Positions 1-12,767 of a stretch of 47,312 nt of DNA are shown one piece after another. Each line of letters opens with the position of its first letter. Positions within the stretch are counted from its first letter, which is position 1. The notes under the pieces are model-generated. The model saw only the letters and a list, made by a program, of their open reading frames with translations. It made no database searches and had not been told where the DNA came from. The DNA comes from Neoconidiobolus thromboides FSU 785 (taxonomy: Eukaryota > Fungi > Entomophthoromycota): positions 1-47,312 of the forward strand of contig MU626414.1 of NCBI GenBank assembly GCA_025603075.1. Reading direction: 5' to 3'. The position numbers and the translations under genes were made by a program.

Positions 1-361
1 TACGAAGATAACAGAGAATTTAAAAATTTCAATATTTACTAAGCAAGTAAGTAGTTTGTTGAATGATAGAAATAGATTGTTAAATGTTAAGGTTACTTAA
101 GTTATTAATAGCTAAGTTAATAAATAGCCAAAGAACAAGTAACTGTAATAATATGTAAAAACTATTATTACTTGTACTATATAGAGATGGTTAATTATAG
201 TTTTTGGGCTAACCGCTCCCTCCCATCCAGCTATTTATTAACTTGGCAATATATTAATAATGTAATTATAACATTAAAATGGTTTACTTATTTGATAACA
301 AATCTGTAATATTGATTATAAATCAGTTGATAAAATATTTCTCAATAAAGTTTTATAAGAA

Positions 362-468
362 TATGGGGGATGTTTTTTTTGGCTTCATTATTTTTTTGAT
401 TTTTTTAAACATTGTTTGAGTGGAAAAATTGTTAGTAAAATTCTTAAATACAAAAATACCTCTCCATA
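362..468 (+). mobile_element. MITE family A copy (~105 bp, TIR GGGGATGT..ACATCCCC)
   Basis: TATGGGGGATGTTTTTTTTGGCTTCATTA...GTTAGTAAAATTCTTAAATACAAAAATACCTCTCCATA; matches 18 other copies in the window. Confidence 0.85.
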
Positions 469-714
469 TGTATTTAAGATCTAGTACAAATTCAACTAAT
501 TTAACTTACAGTATAAACTATAATAGAATGATTTAGAACTGTGTCTGGGTACTTTTGTTTTAATAAAAGATATGATTTTATAGAATTTTAAGCGAAGTTT
601 TTGAAATACAATTTTTTTTAAAAATTGGATAAAATAATGAAACTAATTCAGAGACAACCCTATATGGTTAAGAAAATTAGCTATCTAAAAAAAGGAAACA
701 ACTAAAATAAGTTT

Positions 715-838
715 TAAATAAAGAGATTTAATTTAGGCTTTTTGGATTTAATCCGTTATATTAGACACAAATTTAAAAATATAAAATTTGGATTAACTTC
801 TAAGTAAATTCTGAACCAATTCGGACAATCCCCCCATA
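715..838 (-). mobile_element. Terminal segment of a longer TIR element (family B), reverse orientation
   Basis: Reverse complement aligns over ~120 bp with 46697-46820 (TATGGGG..TCCGAA(T/C)TGGTT..AGAATTTACTTAGAAGTTAATCCAAATTTT..TTTGTGTCTAATAT..AAAAGCCTAAA..TTAAATCTCTTTATTTT). Confidence 0.7.
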
Positions 839-897
839 CATCAAAAATTTATAAACTTAAAGTTTAAATTAATTTTTAAATAAACTCAGATATTTTT

Positions 898-1003
898 ATA
901 CAAGGTTGTATTTTTATGTTTAGGAATTTTGTTAATAGTTCTTTTACCTAAATAATGCTTAAAAAATAGAAAAAGTGATAAAGCTAAAAGAACACCTCCT
1001 ATA
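898..1003 (-). mobile_element. MITE family A copy, degenerate
   Basis: GTATTTTTATGTTTAGGAATTTTGTTAATAG...TAAAAAATAGAAAAAGTGATAAAGCTAAAAGAACACCTCCTATA resembles the reverse consensus. Confidence 0.6.
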
Positions 1004-1106
1004 TATTAATATTAGTTTTAAGTATAAATTAAAAAATAAACTAAACGCTTTTATATTCATAAAATTATAACTTATAGTAAAAATTAAATTTTCAATTAGT
1101 AGCTTT

Positions 1107-1548
1107 TGTGAAATCTTGGTACTCAGTGTTTGGGAGTCAAAAACAGCTATTACTTGGTTGACTACACTATAAGTTGAAAGGTCTTAGTTTATGTGACTAA
1201 AATAGGCTTGGATTATGAAGAATAGCACGTGATAGACTACAAACCATACAAAACAAATAGAATAGACAATACTAATAAGTAAACTTAGTGACTTTACTAA
1301 ATGTACGAGATATCAGGGAATAATTCAGTTAAAAAGCCTCGAACTACTATACTCTGTAAACTCTTTTATACTCTGAAAAGTATAAATATCAAAACGAGAA
1401 GATAACATTGTTTGGGATGGAGCTATAAATTCTCATAGCAAATCAAACTAAGAACGTGGGATTAATTTTCTCTGAACTCGAGAACACAACAGCTTAGGGG
1501 ATTATTATACTATAATTAATCATGGGACTGGCAAAGCGATATTTCACA
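1107..1548. mobile_element. Solo LTR (442 bp), retrotransposon remnant
   Basis: TGTGAAAT...ATTTCACA inverted termini (TG..CA), flanked by the 4-bp direct repeat CTTT (1103-1106, 1549-1552); homologous along its length to 45931-46394. Confidence 0.85.
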
Positions 1549-1671
1549 CTTTATATATTTAGCAAAAATGTAAAAAGCTGCTTTATCAGCTTTATAGTTG
1601 ATCATAATATAACAGCTACTTAAATTGTTTATAAAATTAATTACAGTTTTATAGTTAATTTGGCTATAACA

Positions 1672-1776
1672 TACGGGAGTGTCTTTTTTGACTTCATTAT
1701 TTTTTCCATTTTTTAAATGCTTTTTAAGCGGAGAATTTGTCAGTAAAATTCTTAAATGTAAAAATACATCCCCATA
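1672..1776 (+). mobile_element. MITE family A copy
   Basis: TACGGGAGTGTCTTTTTTGACTTCATTA...AGTAAAATTCTTAAATGTAAAAATACATCCCCATA. Confidence 0.85.
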
Positions 1777-1955
1777 TTCTATGTATATGATTATTTAAAA
1801 TATACTTTTTAAATGCAATAACTTAAAGCTTTATGGTAGATTATTCCTTGGTATTATACTTTTTAATAAAACTATTAAGTTTCATTAGTATCTTTATGTA
1901 AAATTTATAGTAATATTTTCTATTTTGTTTGTTTTATATGGTTTACAGCTTATCA

Positions 1956-2056
1956 TATGCGGGTATTTTTTTGGCTTCATTACTTTTTCCATCTTTTAAG
2001 CGCTATTTGAGCAGAAAAATTAATAAAATTCTTAAATGAAAAAATACATCCCCATA
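1956..2056 (+). mobile_element. MITE family A copy
   Basis: TATGCGGGTATTTTTTTGGCTTCATTAC...AAGCGCTATTTGAG...AAAATACATCCCCATA. Confidence 0.85.
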
Positions 2057-2470
2057 TATTAAAACATAGAATTGAAATTTAATGTTAAGTTAAATTTAAA
2101 ATTTTATTTAATCACTCATATAAAACTATACTTTTTGATATATATAGCTTTATTAGGTACTTTTGCCTAATGTGTGCCGAATTTCCCAGGATTTTTTATT
2201 GCAATGGTTGCAGGCTACAGCAGTAGAAGTTGCTTTTTGGAAAGTTATTGCTAGCTTTTAAAAAAATTAAAATTCTAATCCAAAAAGCATAATTTAAATT
2301 AAAAACAATCAATATTTATTTTTGGTTCCTATAAAAAAAACCATTAATATTTATTTTGATTATAAGTTATTAAAAATTAAGTCTTTATTTAAAATTTTAA
2401 AAAGCTAAATTGCTATTAACTAATAATACCACTTTTTTTAAATCAAATTTTGCGACATTTTAAGCAAGAA

Positions 2471-2574
2471 TATGGGGATGTATTTTTGTATTAAGAATTT
2501 TACTAACGAATTTTCCGCTTAAATAGTGCTTAAAAAATGGAAAAAATAATGAAATCAAAAAAAACACTCCCATA
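2471..2574 (-). mobile_element. MITE family A copy
   Basis: TATGGGGATGTATTTTTGTATTAAGAATTTTACTAAC...AATGAAATCAAAAAAAACACTCCCATA. Confidence 0.85.
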
Positions 2575-3229
2575 TCTAATATTTAGTATTAATTAAAAAA
2601 TAACCAGAAGTTTCAAAAAAATAAGCCAAAGTTCATTCTTTTTTAAATAAGTATAAATAACAAATACAGGCTTTATAACTCTTATTTTATTATCAATAGA
2701 AAATTCTCAACGTAGACTACAAATAAAATAACTTGTATTCTTTTGCTTACCTATGATAGAATATAAAGCTTAAATAAAAATAAACAATTGTTTAGGAACA
2801 GTGATAATAATTTAAGTTAGTTTGAATGTTGTTTAGTTTTTCAACATCAATAATTTAGATGTGATCTTAGTAAAAACTTGTCCTAACAAAAAAGCATTAA
2901 TATAAAAGGAGAATACATAATATCAAAATAAATCAATGCGTATTGTCCTTAAACCAATTGAAATCTATAGCTATACTCAAACCTGCATGAACCAAATGCT
3001 CCTACTATAATACTTCGATTATTCTTAATACTTATTTCTAATTTACCAATTAAACTCTTACCCTCAAACTTTTTATCCCATAGAAAAAATGAGGAACAAA
3101 TTAGATTAGCTAAAAAAATGAATTAAAAAAATCCCTTAAAAAGGGAAATATCAAAACTAAAATCCATTTCTTTCCCCCTCCCTTTGCGTATCTTTTTATT
3201 AATAAACAAAGCACCTTTCTTTAATCAAA

Positions 3230-6133
3230 ATGGCTAACTCAGAGGATAATAGAACCAATGACTATGAAATTATTGAAGTTTATGAAGATGGTAGCTTATT
3301 AAATAAGCGAGTACAATCCTTAAGTAGAGAAGCTAGTCATATTAGAAAGGGAATGGACGAGATTATTATAAATGAAGAACAAGATGAAGAAGAAGTAATT
3401 AGTTTGGTAAGTCGTTGATGAATGCTACCATATGTTTTTATTTATTTTATTAATTAGAGTTCTCAATCTACAAAAAGAAGAGTAATCATTGACTCTAGTG
3501 ATGAAGAAGGTATGATAGTCAAAAAAAGTTATAGACAAAGAGCAAAGTTGGTCGTAGATAGCGATACTGAAGAAGAGAACACTATTGCAAAAAAAAATAA
3601 ACCTGAAGTGGTATGTATAGAAGGGAGTGATAATAGTAGTGATTCGGAGATAGAAATCATCCGACATAAGAGAAAAAAAGTGATAGATTCGGATGCTGAA
3701 TTGATAGAAAAACAAAATGAAGAAGAAAAAGAGGATGTTATTGATTTATCTGAAAGAATAATTAAGGAAGAAATTACCACTCATGAATATTTAGATATTT
3801 TGACTTTCTTTAATCAAAGTAGTATGGAAGAAATTAAAAAATTATTAACCATAGAGAAAGAAGAACGCGTACAAAATATTATATCTCATCGACCTTATAA
3901 TACTATAGAGGATTTGAGAATATTAATAAAACAAAGTTTGATTGATAAATACTATAAAATCATTAATGGATTTAATGCCTTGGATCAATTAGTAAATTTA
4001 TCAAATCAATGGCAAAATCAATTTATTATTAAAGGATTTAAAAATATTAGATTTGAATTAAATAATGGGATTTCATTAAAAGATTATCAATTAGAAGGAG
4101 TCAAATGGTTGCTAAATAAATATCAAAATCAATGTGGAGCTATTTTAGCAGATGAAGTAAGTTGTTTATATTTATATTATATTGTTATATTAATTATTAT
4201 TATTATTAAGATGGGATTAGGAAAAACATGCCAAGTGATTACATTATTATCATATATTATATTAAATTTAAATCATAATGATATCAATCTGATTGTTGTA
4301 CCTGCTTCCGTATTAGATAATTGGATAGAAGAATTCAATAAATTTTGTAAAGTTATCAAAGTGTTAGCTTATAAAGGTAAATTAAACATATAATAATAAT
4401 AATAATATATCATTATTATTAGGTACTCAATCTGAAAGAGCACGAATCCATTTTGATTATAAACGAGGTAACATTCAGCCACAAGTAATAATCAGTACTT
4501 ACAACTTAATCAACTCTGATAAATATGATCGTCATTTTTTTAAATCATTAACATATCAAAGTATTATATTAGATGAAGGACATTTAATAAAAAATCAGCA
4601 AACTCAAAATTATCAATATTTAAGTAAATTAAAATGTAACTTTAAATTAATATTAACTGGCACTCCATTACAAAATAATTTAATGGAATTATTTAATTTA
4701 TTTATGTTTTTTAATCAACCATTTTGTATTAAAAATAATGAGTATTTGGAAGTATTACTAAACTCAAATATATTAAAATTTGGTCATCTGAAAGATAATA
4801 AAATGCAAAAGCTGGATCAATTATTTAATTTAAGATTACAAAAATTAAAAAAATTAGTAGATAATTTTATTTTAAGGAGAACTAAAGAAGACGTAAGTTA
4901 ATCAATAATAGTATAAACAGTAATAACGTATTCCTATTTCCCTAGGTATTAAAATCCCTGCCTATAAAAACAGAAAAAGTAATCAAAATCTGCTTAGAAG
5001 ATAGTCAAAAGAAAGCATATAATTCAATAATTGAGCAAATTAAAGATTGGAAACTATTGGGCAATAATCAATTAATGGATATTTCATTTAAATTGAGAAG
5101 AATCGCCAATCATGTATTATTAATACCTAAGGGTTTTTATTATACTCAAAAATTAAAAAGGAAAATTGCTAAAGAGATTATTAAAGTATATTTAATATAT
5201 AAATATTATTTCAAATATTGATTTATTGATTTAGGATCCTAAATTCCATGATTCGGATGTGGATGCTATTTATGAGGTAAGGATTATTATTCTATATTAT
5301 CTAATATAATATATAACAACAATAATAGGATTTAGTGCCTTACGCAGATTCAGATATGATCGAATTATGTCAAAAATACAAAGTAAGTTATTGAATTTGT
5401 TAAATTTATTATAATTTGATTTATCTATTGAAGTGTATTAACAAATATTTATTGTCCAATGATAAATATATGAATAGTGGTAAAGTAAAATGGATGATAG
5501 AAAATTTACCAAAATTAATTCAACAGGTAAATATTATTATATAATATCGAATAATTAACTTATTTATTTATAATAGAATCATAAAATTATTATTTTTAGT
5601 CAATTTGTGATGGTCTTAGACATTTTAGAAACCGTAGTTACGAACCTTAATATAGAATATCTCCGTTTAGATGGTGCTACTGCTCAAAATGACCGACAAA
5701 ATTTAATTCATGAATTTAATAATAATAGAAATATATCAATCTTTTTATTATCTACTAAAGCAGCATCGACAGGTATTAATTTAACTTCAGCAGATACAGT
5801 TATTTTACATGATTTGGATCATAATCCTCAAAATGATAGACAGGCAGAAGCAAGAGCTCATAGTAAGTATTATTAAATAAAAGTAAGCTAAAAAATAACA
5901 TGTGTTAATATATTTTTTATTAGGAGTTGGTCAAACAAAAGATGTTACAGTATATAAGTTAATTACATTAAATACTATTGAGGTAAAACCTAATATATTA
6001 ATTAGAATTTAATATTTAATATTTAATTTAGGAACGTATCTTTGATATTAGTAATTCTAAATTATTATTGCATTCTTCATTTCATAATGAAGATAAAAAT
6101 TTGAATTTGGATTTCTTTAATAAAATTGAATAA
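3230..6133 (+). CDS. SNF2-family chromatin remodeller, Fun30/SMARCAD1-like (spliced, about 10 short introns)
   Basis: Joining exons across GT-AG introns (e.g. 3407-3457, 4157-4210, 4377-4422, 4893-4945) gives LKDYQLEGVKWL, GAILADE|MGLGKT (motif I), IILDEGH (motif II), LILTGTPLQNN, IIIFSQFVMVLDILE, YLRLDGAT, LLSTKAASTGINLTSAD, DLDHNPQNDRQAEARAH; ends ..FFNKIE-TAA at 6131-6133. DEGH plus an acidic N-terminus fits the Fun30 subfamily. Confidence 0.9.
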
Positions 6134-6315
6134 TTTAAAAATATAATAAAAATAAGAGGCATATAATATAATAACTATAAATTAAATTTCAAAATCAAAA
6201 AAAAGGATCCAACTTTAATAAATAGAATATATTAATAAAACACATAGTTATTAAAAAAAGAAACAGAGGGTTGATAATAGCACCCACGTTTTCTTTTTTA
6301 AAATTAAAACAAAAA

Positions 6316-8097
6316 TCAATTAAAACGGGTAACTGAGGTAGATAAAAAGCTAGTAGTAGCCTGGTCTTGATTAGGAGGTAATTCATTCAATACTTTAGGA
6401 GATTGTCTAATAATATCTGCAGACCAACGACGAGTAGCAATTAAAGTATCATTTTCATTAAATGTATCATCTTTATCTTCGTCTCTATTATTATTATTAT
6501 TATTATTAATTCTCTTATTTGATGACATAATTGAATGAAAATAAGTATTACTCATACTATTCATTGTTGTTAATTTATTATCAATAATTGAATCTGCATA
6601 ATGAGAATCTAATTCCCAAATTTTTGAATTAGTACGATCTAATTGAAAGGGATTGTTATTATTGAAATTAGACCAAATAGGAGTTAATAATGGGGCATTT
6701 GATAAAAAAGAGTTAACTGAATTTCTATTTAACTTATTATTATTAATCTTGTTTAATTTTTTCATTTTATATTTCCATAATAAAAAAAAGATTAAAAAGG
6801 TCAAAAATATACCCCCAACTAATCCAAAAGTAATACCTAATATTAATCCATTATTGGAAGGTAATTCATCACCTTGTGGTGGTAATGTTACAAATTCAGT
6901 GGGATATTTGACCTTCATAAATAAATTATTAAAATTTTCTTGTTGATAATCTTGGGCTGGTCCGATTGTTTTATCCCAATTAATAATGTTGTTCGTTATG
7001 TTTTGTATATTTAATATCATTATATCTGTCCAATCTTCTTGTATTGATTTATCTCCATATAAATACAATAATTTATTATCAATCAATAAAGAAGAATGCC
7101 AAGCTCGTCCAATATTAAATAATGTTTGATTAAAAAACATAGTTGGTAACATTTTCCATTGGTATGTATTTAAATTTAACAATTGAATATCATCATAGAT
7201 GACACCTTTACCTGTAATTTGATCTGTACCTCCATAAATTAATATACTATTAATCTCTTTAATAAATGTAGCTGAATGGCCAATTCTAGGTTTTATTGAG
7301 AAATTAGTGGAATTTCTGATTATCCATTGATTTTTTTTAATATCATAAATGGTAATTAAACTTAAATCTTTTTTCAATGTACTCTGTAAACTAATTTCTT
7401 TAACGTCATCGTTATCTTGTGTAATTCTCATACTAGCTCCACCTAAATAAACAATTTTATCTCCTTCAATTAGAGTAGCTGAGTGAAAAGCCGATGGTAA
7501 TATTCCTTTATTAATAGCATCAATAGATAAATCTAACCACTGATTTTTAATAATATCAAATTTATACATTTGTCGAGTTAATAAAAAACTATTACTATTA
7601 GGATCTACAATAAACCCACCAAATATATATATATTTTGTTGTTCATCTATAGTGATACTTGCACCAGACCTTTTAACGGGAGAATTTAGCGATAAAGTGG
7701 GTTCAATATTCCATTTAGATGTAGTATAATTATAAAAATAAAAAGAACTAGTCAACGGTCTTTGTTGTAATAAAGTTTCTTTATCTATTTGTACATAAAC
7801 TAATAATGGTGGATAATTTTTAGTTAAACTAAACACACTGGGTACAACACAATTAGGTAAACCTATTGTATTAACTTGATTGTTTCGTTGAATATCTGAT
7901 AAATTTATAATGGTACTTAAATTGACCTGTAATAATTTATTTTTGTTGACAAACTTATCCGTCGTTTCGACTTCGGATAAAAAGGATAATAATACTTGAT
8001 CATATATAATACTTGTTGCTCTTGTAAAACCTTCAATTTTATTACTATTGATAAATTGAATAAAAGATAATAATAACGTTAAATAATGAAACTGCAT
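6316..8097 (-). CDS. Kelch-repeat single-pass membrane protein
   Basis: Hydrophobic N-terminal signal, kelch-like blades (IYIFGG, SAFHSATL, IVYLGG, RIGHSATF..ILIYGG, RAWHSSL), TM segment GLILGITFGLVGGIFLTFLIFFLLW followed by KYKMKK, Asn-rich cytoplasmic tail. Confidence 0.8.
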   Translation of the reverse strand: MQFHYLTLLLSFIQFINSNKIEGFTRATSIIYDQVLLSFLSEVETTDKFVNKNKLLQVNLSTIINLSDIQRNNQVNTIGLPNCVVPSVFSLTKNYPPLLVYVQIDKETLLQQRPLTSSFYFYNYTTSKWNIEPTLSLNSPVKRSGASITIDEQQNIYIFGGFIVDPNSNSFLLTRQMYKFDIIKNQWLDLSIDAINKGILPSAFHSATLIEGDKIVYLGGASMRITQDNDDVKEISLQSTLKKDLSLITIYDIKKNQWIIRNSTNFSIKPRIGHSATFIKEINSILIYGGTDQITGKGVIYDDIQLLNLNTYQWKMLPTMFFNQTLFNIGRAWHSSLLIDNKLLYLYGDKSIQEDWTDIMILNIQNITNNIINWDKTIGPAQDYQQENFNNLFMKVKYPTEFVTLPPQGDELPSNNGLILGITFGLVGGIFLTFLIFFLLWKYKMKKLNKINNNKLNRNSVNSFLSNAPLLTPIWSNFNNNNPFQLDRTNSKIWELDSHYADSIIDNKLTTMNSMSNTYFHSIMSSNKRINNNNNNNRDEDKDDTFNENDTLIATRRWSADIIRQSPKVLNELPPNQDQATTSFLSTSVTRFN

Positions 8098-8939
8098 CTT
8101 TCTTTTTTACTTTAATAATCAAATTAATAGCCAAGAAAGTAATAATATTAAAATGTTAGTAAAAATAATGTTTAAAATAAATTAATTTTATTTCTAGTAG
8201 TTATCAATTAACATGTTTTAGGTTTACCGCAATAATTCCCTATTTTTTGAATCTTATTGGTTATGGATCATTATCATTATCCAATTATATGAAGTTTATT
8301 TTTAAACTTGGGGTTTGTTTTTGACTTATTTTTTGTTAATCAAAGTTGCTTTTTCAATTATAATACTCTATTAAACATTTATAGAAGGAGTTGTTCGAGT
8401 TAAAAGTAAAAATAAAATTATATTTTTAATATTTTTATTGTTATTAAAAAATTACACTTGTTACAGGTCATAATGTTTTAATTTTATTTTAATTATTCTT
8501 AAACTCAAGTGATTATTCTATTGATTTATTAGTCTTAACCTCCACTTAGAGTTTAGAATTTAGAATTTTTTAGTTATTTTAGCAACTATGAGCTCATTTT
8601 TTTATATCACTGATATTTAATTGATAAAATGAAAATTAACTGCTTTTTGATATGATTAATTAATTTAATATAAAATATAAAATATAATATAAAATATATA
8701 ATATAATGTAATATAAAACATATTAGATAAAAAGCTAAAGTACTGAGTTAGTTTAATATTTATTCATTAATTGTTTATTACAAAATTAATTAAAATAGAA
8801 TAATAACTTATCTTTTTATTCATTTCAAATTTTGAACACAGGTTTAATATAAAATTAAGGTTATATTAAATCTCAGTTGGTAGTTTTTTTCACTTTTTAA
8901 ACTAAAAAGTGATCAAATAAGCCAAGACAATAAAGATAA

Positions 8940-9040
8940 TATAGGGAATGTATTTTTTGTTTAAGAGTTTTACTAATAATCTTTGCACTTAAATAGCACT
9001 TAAAAAATGGAAAAAGTAATGAAACTAAAAAAACTTCATA
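8940..9040 (-). mobile_element. MITE family A copy
   Basis: TATAGGGAATGTATTTTTTGTTTAAGAGTTTTACTAAT...TAAAAAATGGAAAAAGTAATGAAACTAAAAAAACTTCATA. Confidence 0.75.
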
Positions 9041-9374
9041 TAATTTTATCATAAAAATTGACTAATTTTTTGTTATTTGCCATAATCTAAAGATTGATAT
9101 CAAAATAAATATATATAAAGAGATTGTTTTATCTTAATTTCTTTTAACTTATTTAAAGCTTAGTTTTAAATACAACTCTTTAATATATACAATCTCCTTT
9201 TTATCACATTAATTAATTGTTATCCGCTATTCGTTACTCTATTAACAATCTATTCATTGGCTTATTCATTGTCCTATTCTTAATTTGGTTTTATTATCTT
9301 ATTTAAACTATCCGTCTGGATCTGTTTTTTTATTCATATATAAATTTGTAAAAAAGAATAAATCATTTATAAAA

Positions 9375-9481
9375 ATAGGAGGATGTATTTTTGTATTTAA
9401 GAATTTTACTAACAATTTTCTTTACTCAAATAGCGCTTAAAAGATGGAAAAAATAATGAACCCAAAAAAAACATCCCCATA
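9375..9481 (-). mobile_element. MITE family A copy
   Basis: ATAGGAGGATGTATTTTTGTATTTAAGAATTTTACTAAC...AATGAACCCAAAAAAAACATCCCCATA. Confidence 0.85.
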
Positions 9482-10146
9482 CTATAGCTTAAATTTGTAA
9501 ATTTAAATAAAATACACCAAAACACCTAATGTTATAACTCACTTCTTTGTTCAATAATTTTATTTATTAAATAATATTGAGTATCATGTCCCCTTTTTAT
9601 TTATTAATAGATTAGAATAAACTCAAACTATTTCTTATCCCATTTTTATTTGTTTAGTCATCTAATAAATTTCAGCTGACTTCGACTATTGAAAACATCC
9701 CTAAATATAATAGGATAAATTTAAATAAACTTAGTAAATAATACTATCTAGTATTTTAAACAAAATAAACAAAAGATCAACGTAAAAGTTCTACTATTAA
9801 TCATTATAGATAATTATAAGTGATCAAATATTGATTATCAATGATAGTAAAACAATGAAGATATTATACAATATAAGTTCAATAATATAAATTTGCTTTT
9901 TTATTGAAAAAATAGTTTTTAACATTGAGTTTTAATCAAACTAGTTGCATTTAAATGCTTGTTTTTTTTTAGTTTGTTGCTAATTTTTTTATGATGAATT
10001 TAATAACATTAGAAAAACCCATGAATTGATAAATTCATTATAAAAGAAACCAGTAACAAATTATAAAAAAGTGAGAGCATCTAAATACAACTAGCTCTAA
10101 ATCAACACAATAATTTAAAACTATTGGTTTATAATATAAAAAAGTA

Positions 10147-10250
10147 TATGGGAATGTATTTTTGTGTTGAAGAATTTTACTAACAAATTTCCATTTAAAA
10201 TAGTGCTTAAAAAATGGAAAAAATAATAAAGTCAAAAAAACACCTCCATA
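10147..10250 (-). mobile_element. MITE family A copy
   Basis: TATGGGAATGTATTTTTGTGTTGAAGAATTTTACTAAC...AAAGTCAAAAAAACACCTCCATA. Confidence 0.85.
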
Positions 10251-10469
10251 TTCTAAAAAAATGAACCAATTTTACGAATATAACCTTGATATCATCTATC
10301 TTAAATTTGAAGTACTAGAAACAAACAATGTTATCTACAAAGTTACAATATAAAAAAATAAAAAAATATTAAGAATGATATACTATTTATATTTATTAAC
10401 AAGATTGAATTACCAGCAAACTATAACAAGATTAAAAATTAAATTATAAAATAAAAATAACCTATTAAG

Positions 10470-11318
10470 TTAAAATTTAAGTATTGGTTTTAACTTAAGG
10501 TTATTATCAACAAAAGGGTCTGGTAAAGATAGTATCGTTTTTAAAGAAGGTAACTGAATAATATCTAATATTTTAGATGGTCTAGTCTTTTCAGTATGAA
10601 TATGAGTATGAGTAATTGAAGGTGGTAAACCAACACGAGATTGTAGTAATGCTTCCCCTAAATTAACCAAAGATAAAGAACGAATACGATAAGGATCAGA
10701 GATTTTGAAAGCTGAGGAAGAAGTATTAACATTAGAAGTATTGATTGTACTGGAAGCGATGTGAGGAGATAAAGGGGGTAAATTAGGAGAATGAATAGGA
10801 GTAGGATGAATAGGATTTGAATTAAGATTTAATGCCATTTCCTCATTATTACTACCAACTTCTTGATTGATTAAAATCTCTTCATTATGAGATTTAAAAT
10901 GACAATTTAATAAAGTTTGATTTTTGAATTTTTCATCACAATTAATAAAAGGACAACTTAATTTCTTATTTCCCTTTGTTACTTTTCTGCTGTCAGCACT
11001 TCCTTTGGATAACTGGCCATTGGTGTTAATACTTACTTGTTTAAAATTCAATGTTGGTTTTAATACTTTCTTGTTTTTTTTAGGTAAATTTTTATGAACA
11101 TGAGCATGTCTCGCTAATTCATCTGATCTGGAAAATCGTTTATTACATCCTGGAAATAAACACTTTTGCGGTTTTTCCCCAGTGTGTTTACGGATATGAC
11201 GCGTACGATGTTCTAATCTTTTAAAAGCAAAGTTACAAATGTTACATACAAACGGACGATCATTCATTGTTGATGGTTGGAGTGACATTAGTTCATCGAT
11301 ATATGGTGTTGCTTCCAT
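10470..11318 (-). CDS. C2H2 zinc-finger transcription factor, CreA/Mig1-type finger pair plus a third finger
   Basis: [55 protein letters not shown] closely matches the CreA/Mig1 finger pair; additional [23 protein letters not shown]. Confidence 0.85.
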   Translation of the reverse strand: MEATPYIDELMSLQPSTMNDRPFVCNICNFAFKRLEHRTRHIRKHTGEKPQKCLFPGCNKRFSRSDELARHAHVHKNLPKKNKKVLKPTLNFKQVSINTNGQLSKGSADSRKVTKGNKKLSCPFINCDEKFKNQTLLNCHFKSHNEEILINQEVGSNNEEMALNLNSNPIHPTPIHSPNLPPLSPHIASSTINTSNVNTSSSAFKISDPYRIRSLSLVNLGEALLQSRVGLPPSITHTHIHTEKTRPSKILDIIQLPSLKTILSLPDPFVDNNLKLKPILKF

Positions 11319-12429
11319 GGAATCGTATTTATTATTATTATTATTATTAAGAAAAAAGAAAGAAAGAAATGAAAATTAATATGTTAAAGAATGCATTCAG
11401 CTTATTTATAGCCTTATTTTAAATTTGTAATGTAATGTTATCAGCTGTTAAGCTTATCCTTTTCGCTAAAAATTGATTTTAAATATTTCACTAAAAGCCA
11501 ATTAAAATAGCCAACCTTACCATGCCTACAAGGAATATCAATGTTAAATATAGAAATAATAACGATTGGAGTAAATGAAGACGCCATACATTGAATTTTG
11601 TGGAGTAAATTTGGCTTTAGTTAAGTTATGTTAGAATTCGATTAAAGCCAATCAGAATAATTTTTGATGATAATGTATAGATTATTCATTTTTGATTGGT
11701 GAAGTTTACTATCTATCCTGACTTTATGGGGAGAGAATAAAATATGATTTCATAACTTTTAGTTTTCAAGTTAATAAATTTATTAATTTTTTAATATGGT
11801 TTATTTTAATAATTTAATAAGTCTACTTTGAAGACGCTTAAAGTGAATTGATTATTATTTAATGTTAAAGTTGATATAGTATTATTATATAAACTAAAAT
11901 AACTCCATTAAAGAGTTTATTATTGTTTTGATAACTCTTGAATTAAATGCTATTAAGATAAGCCTACCTTTATCTATTTTTTATTAATGTTTTAGTTCAA
12001 GGTTAGTGTGGATTTGATAAGATGGAAAGGTGAGAATCGGTAGAATACTTGCCCAATTATCAGCAATTGTATTAAAGTATAAATGGGCAAATATTCCGCA
12101 CATCTTCGCTCTTGAACTTCAAATGTATATTATTATTTTCAAACTTAATTTAGGCTAATAAATCTCAGAATATTTTTGTTTCAATGCTTATTGTTATTAA
12201 GTAATAATAATAAACAATGATAAGTTAATATATTTGGATTATGACAATTTTATTGTACTATCTTTTTGTTGTAAAGGAAAAATATACATACTACTTTAAG
12301 ATTGATCTAATTTTAACAGTTGATTCTATTATTATTTTATTAATTCTTAGAATTCGTTTGACTAAAAGCTCAAAATTTAAAAAACAATTTAAAGTTAAAT
12401 TAATAATTTAAAAAAACATGATTGCATAA

Positions 12430-12533
12430 TATGGGAATGTTTTTTTTGGCTTCATTATTACTTTCCATCTCTTAAGCGCTATTTGAGTGGAAATATTGTT
12501 AGTAAAATCCTTGAATACAAATACATCACCATA
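12430..12533 (+). mobile_element. MITE family A copy
   Basis: TATGGGAATGTTTTTTTTGGCTTCATTA...AAGCGCTATTTGAGTGGAAA...ATACATCACCATA. Confidence 0.85.
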
Positions 12534-12767
12534 TAGTGATATATTATAAAAGTAATAATATCATTACAACCATCTCAAACTATTATATATGCTAAATATA
12601 TTCTAAACTCAGATAAACTACGGCATAATAATACTTATATAGAAAATAAATGCAATGAAACAATAGCAACTAATTTAAAAAAATAACAACTTTAATACTT
12701 TCAACTAACCTGCAGCCAAACATAAAGAACAAAGTTCATGTCGTCTTCACTTTCGCTCCTTAACGGC

